Shown piece by piece: positions 52,761 to 64,000 of a DNA stretch of 64,000 nt. The position numbers and the translations under genes were made by a program. A model generated the notes under the pieces. It had not been told where the DNA came from and made no database searches. It saw only the letters and a list, made by a program, of their open reading frames with translations. Position 1 is the stretch's first letter. Every line of letters begins with the position of its first letter. The DNA is from Octopus vulgaris (taxonomy: Eukaryota): contig OX597817.1 in the NCBI GenBank assembly GCA_951406725.2, forward strand, positions 58,032,001 to 58,096,000, in the 5' to 3' direction.

Positions 52761-53430
52761 GATCGATCGATCGATCTAGCAGTCTGTATGTCTGTCTGTC
52801 AGTCTGTCTGTCTGTCTGTATCTCTCGGTGCATGTATAAATAAGCCATTAGATTTAGTATAAGAATAGTAGATAGATATGGAAAAGTTAAATAATTTATG
52901 AGAAAATACACACACACACACACACATACAAGTGTGTATATACACATATATGCATACATACAAATATATGCCTGCGTGTGTATGTGCGCGCGCACGGGTG
53001 TATTAACAAGTATATGGCATATATACACATGTTCTATATCTAGTATACGACTGCAAATAGAACGTATATATATATGTATGTATATATATATATATATATA
53101 TATACATACATATATACACACATTTTAAAAATGGTTTTTCATGGTATTTGGTAATGCAACAGACACGGAACCTTTCACAAAAGCAGCTGGAAATAACAAC
53201 TTCACTTTATAAATAGTCATCGTCTCGACTGATCGCTTCCTTTTTACACTGTATTTCTGTTGAAGGTCAACATCCAAGGAAGGGATTTAGTGGTAATACT
53301 AGTAGTAGCAGCAGCAGCAGCAGCAGCAGTTGTTTTTGATGTTCTTTTTATGTTTTTTTTTATTTTTTATATTCTTGTTTCTCACTCTGTTGCATTTCTA
53401 AAGGTCACACACTGAATGTGATTGTTATGT

Positions 53431-53509
<79 letters not shown>

Positions 53510-53769
53510 CGTGTGGAAGGTGCGTGGGCGAGAGAGGGATAAGGACGGTTAGAGGATGGAAATGAAGAACGTAGAATCGTGTATTGAAATATATAGTCCA
53601 CGTCTATAGGAAGATATCTAGGTTTAAACACTCCTAGTGCATCGTGTGTGTGTGATATGTATTTGGGTATACACATATACATATACACAAGTACGTTGTA
53701 TGCACATACATGTATGTGTCTATATACATACACGCTCTTACAACACATACCACTCCCGTTCATATATAT

Positions 53770-53991
53770 ATATAAAATACAAAATGGGACAAGAACGCAA
53801 AACATCCAAATAGACGATACAAAAAACACGGACAGGTCATTCGAAGCCTTTAATCTTCAATCAAGAACCGGATCATCCTTGCAATTTCGGCTGATTAATC
53901 TTGCGATTGCTCCAATCTGGCCAGCCCCAAGGAAAAAACTAAGCTAAGAGCATTAGATTCCTCGGAAAAAGGATCGAATGTGTACGAAACA

Positions 53992-53997
<6 letters not shown>
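53770..53997. mobile_element. TA-embedded interspersed repeat (related copy at 42690-42806)
   Basis: Shared ggtcattcgaagcctttaatcttca...accggatcatc...aatttcggctgattaa. Possibly Penelope-derived. Confidence 0.6.
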
Positions 53998-54041
<44 letters not shown>

Positions 54042-54751
54042 GTACAGGAAGTAGAATAGAGGCGTTTTAAGTAGGTTACCACCGACCATATTGATTGCAG
54101 CTAAAAGTTTCCACACACATGTAGGCACCTATTTCTTCAGTCAATCATTTTGGAATTAAGCTTACATGAAAAAGAATATGACAGTCAGAAGATAGTCTTC
54201 TGGTTAGCTCAGATCTTGTACTAGCATGATATGAGTTCAACAGTAAACTGGCAGACATCGTGTAAATATGGACCAGGGCAACTCGCTCTGAAGGAAGTCA
54301 AATCCAGGCGGTCGCTAATCAGTATGACATATTTATTTATGGAAACCCTTGCGATAATAACAACCGTAAAGTTTGCGAAATAATCTACTGGAAGGCGATG
54401 GATGTAAAAACAAGGGCAAGTATATTGTATGTACTTTAAGTACATACCATCCTTATAGAGGAAAAACAGCCCTAACATTGGTGAAAGAATTGATGACAAT
54501 TGGAGTGAGTACAGTAAAATATGTCAGTATCCGGTCTCTATTAACATTCCCCGGAAAAATATAATGGTTTGATAGACAACATCGAGGACAAATATAGAAC
54601 TTAATATACCTCAGGTAATCGATGTAAATAATATAATACTAGAACGCTATAATCTGTGAAAGCACAATATAGCTTTATTGCAATACGAAGAAAATGACTA
54701 ATCAGTGATACAAATATATATACACATATGTAGATCAACAAGCACAACGGA

Positions 54752-55040
54752 CAGCCTTGTGAATGATTTGGCAGACAAAAACCGAAAGAAGCCCGTCGTG
54801 TGTATGTGTATGTGGTTGTGTGTGCGTGTGCGTGTTTGTTCCCCACCATCGCTTGACAACCAGCATTGGTGTGTTTATGTCCCCGTAACTTAGCGGTTCG
54901 GTGAATGAGACCGATAGATAAGTACCAGGCTTAAAATCTAAAAAAATAAGTACTGGTGTCGATTCGTTCGACTAAAATTCTTCAAGGCGGTGCCGCAGCA
55001 TGGCCGCAGTCAAACGGCTGAAACAGACAAAAGATAAAAA
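54752..55040 (+). mobile_element. SINE family B, 5'-truncated
   Basis: gccttgtgaatgatttgg...gaaagaagcccgtcg...cttgacaacc...gcagcatggccgcagtc. Confidence 0.8.
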
Positions 55041-55676
55041 AAACTATTGTTGTTGTTGTGAACATAATCAAGTCAGGTTTTAAGTTGTTGTGACATCCTA
55101 AAAATGCTACATTACGAAGTGCGTCACCAGAATATATATATTAACATACGACCTCGTTGTTTGTTTGTTTTTAAATCTTATTCGAGGGCAAGCATAGGCT
55201 GCACCACTCCTCTCAATTGTAACAATCAGAAACTATCTTTTGAATAAATTATAAATAAAATATGTACAAATATGCAAGACTTGAAATAGTTGTTATGCAG
55301 ACAAAATCGCCGTCCAGGTAAAAATATGTTGATTACTTTGCTCATTGGATCTGAGATTAAATTTTTTCTTCAGGTTTTCGATCCGTTTCTAGATACAACT
55401 TTATTCTTCCTTCTCTCGGTTCTCCATATTGTTGTCAGACAAAGATTATTGCTTTTCTCTTTTTCATTTTTGAGAAAAATAATCACAATTGCTTTTTCAA
55501 TTATAAATTCTTTCGACCACAGGAAATAAATACGAATTGATTACATTCTTTTCTATATATACAATAAATAATCGTTTATATTTTATCCATTATCGTTACT
55601 ATTAAATAGAACTTAGGCAATCTCTTGTACTTTCTGATAATAAATTTTAATATTTTCTTCTCCCTTTCTTCCACAG

Positions 55677-56131
55677 TACCAAAGCATTTTGGATTCGGTC
55701 CCAACCTCATACAGAGTCGCCTGCATTACCCAATGCATTCGATGAAAGCTGCAGTTGAAGTGGAACAGAGGCGAATTCCAGTGGCCAAGAACAGGTTCAT
55801 CCAAAAGACAAGAATGGCTCTGAGAAGGCCAATGGCTCGATTAAATGTGATGCGGAGTCCCAGGAGAAGAATGTTCGCACCTGTCATGAATCACCAAAGA
55901 ATAAGAAACAAAACAGTTCCACGGTTTCAAGTGAACCAAAATTCACCTCTTGCCCAGGCCCGTAGGCTGGGTAGGTTTGGTTTCTTCCCGAGACCAATGT
56001 ACCCGTTACGTGGGAATTCAAACCAAGGAAGGATGCGACAGATGGATTCAGGTCGGCGTTTCATGGCTGGAAGATGGAGAAGAAGGGAATCAAGATCAGC
56101 AAAGAAGCTTTGGGATGCAAAAAAGCATTAA
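55677..56131 (+). CDS. Probable terminal exon: 151-aa Arg/Met/Pro/Gln-rich basic tail VPKHFGFGPNLIQSR...KKLWDAKKH*
   Basis: Strong acceptor ttttcttctccctttcttccacAG. Phase 1 matches the donor at 37051. It is a 455-nt non-repetitive open frame in AT-rich surroundings. Linkage across the 18.6-kb intron is inferred from phase and composition. Confidence 0.7.
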
Positions 56132-56339
56132 TTTTTTTTTATATAAACTAAACTTTGTTTTTAATTCCATTTAATCTGTTGGTTTGTTCTATTTAAAGAA
56201 GTAAGTAACACAAATATTGTCTTTTCTAGTAAACCTGTTTTTCTTTTGTATTACAAATACCAGTACAAAAGCATAAATCTAGGATGATTGACACGATGTC
56301 ATAAGAGATGAGTTTAGAAGCTTCAATTATCAATGCTAT

Positions 56340-56345
56340 AATAAA
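56340..56345 (+). promoter_or_regulatory. Candidate polyadenylation signal AATAAA
   Basis: Lies about 210 nt after the stop codon, but AATAAA is common in AT-rich DNA. Confidence 0.3.
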
Positions 56346-57528
56346 GAAAGATGCTTTTTAATTAGTTATGAGTATGTAACTTTTACTAAAAGAAAGCAAT
56401 TATTAAAGTCTTAATTGTGTAGAAAATGCTTATAAATTCCAATTTTAAAGTATTTTTTAATCAAAATGTGATTTTCAAATTTCTTTTATTGTGGAAGATT
56501 TCAACAACACGTTTCCATCAGAAAACAAATTTTTATTCACTGCGACCTAGCGTTTTTAGCATCTTACGTTTGAATCCTTTTTCTTCTACTGTTTCCTTGC
56601 GGCGCAGCTTCTCTCTCTCTCTCTCTCTCTCTTCTTCTTCTTCTTCTTCTTCTTACTCTCTCTTTCTGCCTCTTCTATGTTTACAGCCTCTATTTCTATT
56701 GGTTTAAAAAAAAAATTTCTACTTAATGATTTTTCTCCATTTGATATTTGTCTCTTCAGTTTCTCAAAAATCTTTGTTTTTAACTCTTTCCCCGTTGTAT
56801 AATCTAATTCTTTTCGTTTTTCCCTGCACACTCTGTTACTCATAAAAGTCCAGCTACACTATTCAAACCAAAATACGCCATGAAAAAAAACGAAAAACAA
56901 GAGACACTTCAACATTAAATTGGTGAAATCAGATGAATCAATCGTTTTTTAATAATCCAAACATTATAAATATGATGTTCGCAATTAACATACGAACACA
57001 CATACAAATATATACATTTAAACACACACACACACACACACACATTACACATGCGCGAGTACACACACAGATGTGTGTAGTAACTCCTATAATAAATTTC
57101 ACGTTGTAAGACACCTGGTGGAGCATCGAATAGTTGATAGTATGGTACCAAAGCTACTCTTAAGGAATAACCATACTCTGATCTGAGCCCAACACTTACA
57201 TATAATTATCTGCTCAGCCTAAACACGGGGTTATCACTGGTTACATTACTACAAAAATGTTTCTACCTTAACAAAATACAAATGCATTTCATTCCAGTTG
57301 TTTTGTTTCGCGATAATCTTGTTCTATTTAAATAGTGATGTGTTGTCACATTCTTGCATATTTCCTACCTTGTTTTTTTTTCTAGTTCCTCTGAAAAATA
57401 ACTGGACAGTTCTGCAGCGGTAACCTTCCTTCTTCACAGAGATGCAACTTGCTTTATAGTGGTGTTGTCCGAATATTGCAGTCAAAGCTAGGGAGATATA
57501 TACATATATACACACATACAAATATACT

Positions 57529-57645
<117 letters not shown>

Positions 57646-57871
57646 GTCTTTATGCGTGTGTATGTGTGTGTGTATGTGTGTGTGTGTGCGCGTGCGTGCA
57701 TGTGCGTGTGTGTGTTTGTATTTTACAGGTAGGCTGGTAGATGGAGCGAGAAGGAGAACCAGATGGGATGCAAAGATTGGTAGTTACATTGGTAGATATA
57801 GGTTGATAGCTAGAAAATAAGTAGGCACACACACATACACATGCACGCGCACGCATATATATATATATGTA

Positions 57872-57919
<48 letters not shown>

Positions 57920-57920
57920 C

Positions 57921-58012
<92 letters not shown>

Positions 58013-58042
58013 AAGGGTGAAAAGGAACACACGAGTTGATAT

Positions 58043-58323
58043 ATATGAAAAAACAAGTAAAAAATAGAAAATGCTAAAATAATTTTATAGTACTACCTCC
58101 AACACACAAGTGCAAACAAGGGAGTCAGAGAAAGGCAGAATGCCACTTAAATCTGAACACTACTATAGAAATATTCTTTTAAAAAAATTTTTCTTCTAAT
58201 TTTTCTAAATTTAATTATTTAATCGTTACAGTTGAAAAGGTCTCAAAATGACCGAAACCGGTACTGAAATGTTCACTATAAAATTATTTTAGCATTTTCT
58301 ATTTTTTACTTGTTTTTTCATAT
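58043..58323. repeat. TA-flanked element with ~48-bp terminal inverted repeats
   Basis: atatgaaaaaacaagtaaaaaatagaaaatgctaaaataattttatagt versus actataaaattattttagcattttctattttttacttgttttttcatat. Confidence 0.8.
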
Positions 58324-58371
58324 ATATATATATATATACATATATATACATGTACATATATATATATATAT

Positions 58372-58452
<81 letters not shown>

Positions 58453-59476
58453 AAAGTATTGAGAATAGAACATCTGGTTCGATAGAAGTGTGAGTGAGTG
58501 CGAGCAGATTAAGGACAAAAAATGGATACAGACAGAAAACTAAATAACAAACAGTCGATAGATAATGAGAACGTTTATTTGGTAAAGAGACAAGAAGATC
58601 AAAAGAAATGGTAAACTCTTTTAAGAGAATCAAAGACAATTTGTGCTGGTTGTAAATTGAAATAGTGTGTGTGCATGTGTGCGTGTGCGCGCACGTGTAT
58701 AGCAGATACGAAGAGTGGTATTGTCTACAACTGTTTGACATTGGGCACGAACTCACACATACACACATATTCACAGAAATACACAACCATAGGTACACAC
58801 ATACACACAGACACACATGTAACATATGTCCTTTTATGGTAAGGTCGACTCTCTCTTGGGTTTCTTAAGAGATCGATAAAGTAAACCACAGACATGATTT
58901 AAAAGACCATAGCGTAACAACGATGAAAAATTAAACGGTAAAATAACCCATTTCACGTTTCATCAATGGCTCTATGGTCATCTTCCTACACGAACACTCG
59001 TTTTCTGTGAAATGAAATTCCAAGTCATTGCGAATTAGTATCATAATTACTGTAACGTTCTGTGTGTGTATACATGCATACATACATATGCATGTATGTA
59101 TGTACATAGATACTTGTAATAACGAAGTCGAACTAAATCTGATATTTTGAAACGTACGTATTTTAATACGTACGTTTTAGATTTGTGTAATATATAACAG
59201 GAAATACGTCCATTTCGTAAACTTTCCTCAGTCTAACGATTTTTGAAATGCCTTAACTGAGGAAGTTCTACGTAATGGATGCATTTCCTATCATATACTA
59301 CGCAAACCTGGAACGTACGTATTAAATGATGTGAAAATATCACTATTTGGTTTGATTTTATTATTACAATTAAAACGACTCGATGCCAGTGTAAATTAGA
59401 CGGTCTTGATCCCACTTAAGTGGATGCTGTAACTTGAGTCGAAAATTCTGGTACCGTGCAGTACTTCTTAGCGTAA

Positions 59477-59507
<31 letters not shown>

Positions 59508-60164
59508 ACTATATTTTTCTTACGAAATATACAGACCGCATAGAAATGCACAAGTTGAACCTGAGACGTTAGACAATTATAATAAATGGAATGGAGAAAG
59601 TTCAAATCAGGCAAAGTACGATGAACACATATGTGTACGGATTTAAGATAAAAAAAGAACATATATTGATATATTAAAAATACATATAAAAATATATGTA
59701 AAAATATAAAAATATATGAATATAAAAAATATATATGGACGTATAAATATATGAATATACAAACATAGTAATAATATAATGAAGTATAGGATTGTAGAAA
59801 AAAACGTTTTTTTTTTTAAAGAATTAAAAGCATATTGAAAGGAAAATAATAAGCGTCAAAAAAGTTTTAGGATACATGAAAAGAAAATATTCCTATAGCC
59901 GTTTCAATCCTCCGAGCATATATATATATATATACTGCAACTTAAATCACATCTTAAATTTCACGGGGAGAAAAGTGGCGATTGCTTGAGCCAAGCCTAA
60001 TCAAGTAGCTTTCTTTGGATATGAAACTTGATTTGCTATCCGTAAACATTCAAGGCTTTGTCCATGGTGTTTGTGCGTGTATTTATATACATGCACAGAC
60101 TGTTTTTAAAAGCATATATGTATGCATGTGTGTATGTACGTATGTATGTGTATATGTATATATA

Positions 60165-60201
<37 letters not shown>

Positions 60202-60230
60202 ACATGTGTGTATATATATATATGTATATA

Positions 60231-60275
<45 letters not shown>

Positions 60276-60711
60276 GTATATATATATATATATGTATATA
60301 GTTATATGTATATATATATATATAAACATATCTATCAATCTTTATATGTGTGTGTGTGCGTGTTTGTGCATGTGTGTGCACCAATCATCTCTAAATCTTG
60401 GTGAGTGAGCTGAATAGGTTTCCCTGAGGAGATCAAATAAGATCGAACCATGTCCATTACTTTCATCATTTTGCTTTAAAGACAAGATCAACCCTTAACT
60501 GTGTGGTCTTTTCATTTAATTTTGATCAACTGATTTTATTAAAGCTTCCTCCTTTGTTTATTGTTTTTAGATTCTGGGGGAATTCTAATGGGTGTTTTGC
60601 TTGTTAACTGCAAGGATAATCTCATTTAATCGTAAAATTTTAACTCACTGTATTAAATATGAGGATCTACAGAGTGCATATGTGTGTATGCATATGGATA
60701 TGTATATATAA

Positions 60712-60788
<77 letters not shown>

Positions 60789-61194
60789 CATACAGGTCGA
60801 CAAAAAGATCCTTTTTTAAATAATATAAGCAGAGTAAGAACTAAATACCACTCGAAGTGTACACATTAAAACAAATATATATTTTTTTTTTACCTGCGCA
60901 TAATTATGCTTAGAATTTTGTAAACAGTATAAACTAGTTTATTATTTACAAAGATTATAAAAGGCATTTATTTTGGTGTTTATTTTCCATTGAAGTTAAT
61001 TGCAGAATCTACGGATCAAAATCTTTTAGTAGTAAAATTTTAAATTTTATTAATTAGAATATTGTTTTGTTAACATGCAAAACAGAATAAAATGAGATTA
61101 TTAAAGATATGGCAAAAGATAAATTTCGGAGATGTTTTTGTCTCGGAAGTGATTTGGTCTTAGACCGTGTGTTGAAGACAAAATCAATTCCAGC

Positions 61195-61415
61195 ATCGAA
61201 GATACATATTAGCCATTCAAAAATGCACAAAGAATGTTAAGTTCACTTTAATGTTTAGTATTTGGTGTCAATATTTTCGTCACAGGGTTTCACTGAAGTG
61301 GAACCATCTCAATGACTAGGTTACTGCCACGAAAATTTTGACACCGAATAATCAATGTTTAAATGATGTTAGCAGTTCTTTGTGTGTTTTTGAATGGTTG
61401 GTGTATGTCTTCCAT
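61195..61415. repeat. Diverged fold-back element
   Basis: ccattcaaaaatgcacaaaga...tttggtgtcaatattttcgt pairs with acgaaaattttgacaccgaa...tctttgtgtgtttttgaatgg. Confidence 0.65.
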
Positions 61416-61419
61416 TCTG

Positions 61420-62858
61420 TAACTGAAAAATATGAATTATAAACAGAAAACTGAATAAGATAAAACCCAAAGAAACAATAAGTGAGGTCTAGAAACCAAG
61501 TATGATGGGAAAAGATTAAATCCAGTGAATAACTGAGATAAAGAGAAAAAATAGAAATAAAAATAGCACAAAACTGATAAAGATAAATGAGATATAAAAA
61601 CAGTGTAAGATAGAATAAGGTAGAAAACAGAAAAAGATATATTACATGTAATATCAGAATTTTATAAATTTATCAGAAACAGAGTGAAATCAATGAGATT
61701 TTAAAAAATGAATAAAATGGATGAGGAATACGAAAATTAGATAATAGTTAAAGAAACAGAATAAGGTGAATGAATTATAAAACACAAGTTAAATGAGGGA
61801 TTAAAAACCAAAACAATATATAACTAAGATCTAAGAAAATAATAGTATAAATTATTCAGGAAGGCAGAATGTCATGTAAAGACGAAATTGAAGGAATAAC
61901 AGAATAAACGAAATGGAAATTAACAACAGCTAAGGGATAAATGAAATCTAAAAACTGAATAAGATTAAGATGTGGAAATCAAATTATGATGTAATAAAAC
62001 AAAAATAGGAAACAAAAAGAGAAAATTTAAAAAATAAATTCTATAGAAAAGATTAAGGTTTACGAAATTTATAGAAATAAGCAAAAGTAAGAAAAATAAA
62101 AAAAAAACAAAAAGCAGAAAATGATAAACTGGTTATATTAAAACAATAAATATAATCAAATAAATGCGATTTAAAAACTAGGTAATATCAATTAGTGGTG
62201 AAGGTGAAATACATAATATGTATTGATGTATATATCATAAGATAAAGCACTTGTAGAGCCAGTATAAGACAGCTGATGTATAAAAGTAGATTAAGATAAA
62301 TGGAGTATCAAAACGGTATAAGTGATATTTTGGAACGGAATATGATGAAGATAATAAATAAAATATGATAATGAGATAGAATTTTAAAAAATTGAACAGG
62401 ATTAAGCAGGAATAAGATAACAGAAAAAATAAATGAGATTTAAAAATGAAATAAGGTGATGCATACATAACAAAACAATAAAACAGAATAACAGATAAAA
62501 ACAAGATAATTGCTATTTATAAATAAGATAAAAAAAGATAAAAAGAAGACAAAATAACACGCAAAAAATAAAAATAAGAGAAATAAAATTCAAAAACAGA
62601 GTAAAATAAATGCGATAAAATAAACAGAAAAGAATTGGTGAAATATGAAAAAAAAAACCCAAAATAAGACGTTAGAATAAAAGATGAGAAAAAGGAGAAG
62701 AAAGCGATGTAAATTAGAGATGAAAGCAGAATTCGATTTAAAAAAGATATATGCAAAACTGATTAAGGTAAACTGCATTGGTGTGTGTGTGTACGTGCTT
62801 GTACCACTGCGTGAACACACACACACATACACACACACACAAACACACACACAAACAT

Positions 62859-62906
<48 letters not shown>

Positions 62907-64000
62907 CCACACACACGCACAATTACTTTCTCCGTGAGATAAATGAGAGGTATGACAGAATGAAAGGTAATATTAAAAACGAAATAAATAGAAGTGACAA
63001 AAAAAAAACCCCGGAAGGGAATACACGAAATACAAATGAATGAACTAAATGGAATAATATAACCATAGATTAAGGTAATATATATTGGAAAAGAGGAGAC
63101 TAATGAGATATGATACAGAATAACATGAAACATATATAAGATCCGAAAGAGAAATGCAAAACAGAATGAGAAGGATGTGATATGAAATGAGAATACGATA
63201 ATGAATAAACGGAAGCAGAAAAGCAAAAAGGATACAAGTAGAATAAGAGAAATGAGATGTATAAAAGCGGTTTAAATCTCTCTATATATAAACGGAAGTT
63301 TGTCTGTCTGTGTGTCTGTGTGGCTGTCAGGTTGTACCCTCACCCTGGCCACGGCTTTCAACCGATTCTGATGAAACTTGACACACACATAGCCCAATGT
63401 CATAATTCAAAACTAACGCAGCGGAAATTTTGAAAAGTTCCCCCAGTTCTGAAAAAAAACCCGATAAATTCGACATGGGGTCGAGAATATAAGCTTTTTA
63501 TATGCAACACATTTTCTGTTGTAGTTTTCGCAACTTGCAATCGGGTGACAGCTAGGAACATCGTATACATAGAAGTATTCGAGTGAAGAGAAGACATTGC
63601 AACCTACACATGCGCCTTCGTTCCCTAGAGGGAAAGAACTAGATTGGGATTAGTCGTTGCCTACTAGGGGCTCTTACATACCCGGGCAACGCCGGGCTAT
63701 GCTGCTAGTGTAAAATAAATAAAATTACATATATTAGACTAAGATAAGAAAAACAAGGCAGAATAAGATAAACAGAATTAAATCAAATGAAATTTTATGA
63801 AAGTCATTCATTTATTTTGTTTTATATATAAAAAAAAAAGAAGGAAATACATGAGGTGCATAAAGAAAAATACTTAGATGAACACAGAAAAACGTAAAAA
63901 CAGAATAAGGTAAAAGAGATGGAAAAATAGTTTTTAAGACAAATGTGACATGAAATATATGATACATGAAATATTAGCTGGGGAAACGATGTAAAAAAAA
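61420..64000. repeat. Purine-rich degenerate low-complexity satellite-like tract
   Basis: Recurrent aaaacagaataagataaa / aaatgagat motifs and very few C on the plus strand. Interrupted by a (CA)n tract and a Helitron. Confidence 0.6.
63277..63708 (+). mobile_element. Short non-autonomous Helitron, same family as 23908-25055
   Basis: a|TCtctctatatata start, hairpin cccgggcaacgccggg and CTAG|t end. Inserted between A and T with no TSD. Confidence 0.88.

Noticed and set aside
54200-54600. Non-repetitive stretch that might be an extra exon or transposase remnant
   Set aside because: I found no stop-free phase-1 exon with convincing splice sites and no recognisable protein motif.
55301-55317. 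17-nt micro-exon candidate (tgcAG ... CAG|gtaaaa)
   Set aside because: It is not phase-1 symmetric and would frameshift the terminal exon; no compensating exon was found.
55990-56070. Reflectin similarity (PMYP, RMRQMDSGRRFM)
   Set aside because: Only compositional. The repeated MD(x)5MD motifs and high Tyr/Asp content of reflectins are absent.

Overview
This is eukaryotic, AT-rich, microsatellite-dense DNA. Its SINE families and repeat landscape look like an octopus (coleoid cephalopod) genome; this is recognition, not a database result. One plus-strand spliced gene spans about 6523-56131, and most of it is invisible in the ORF track. Ten phase-compatible exons encode roughly 520 aa of the C-terminal part of an ADAMTS/reprolysin (M12B)-like protein: end of the metalloprotease domain, ADAMTS-type Cys-rich (disintegrin-like) domain, two 6-Cys PLAC-like repeats, a Thr-rich stalk and a long Arg/Met-rich basic tail. 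Its zinc-binding motif is replaced (HExxHxxGxxH becomes RLLGHSLSAGY) while the reading frame and splice sites stay intact, so it appears to be a maintained pseudo-protease. The introns hold a young RTE-like LINE with a twin-priming-type 5' inversion and an 11-bp TSD, R4/Dong-like and Penelope-like remnants (some with hammerhead-like motifs), mariner and Helitron elements, many tRNA-derived SINEs and numerous fold-back repeats. Bases 1-5301 recur almost exactly at 8342-13602 across a 100-N gap, most likely an unmerged assembly overlap.
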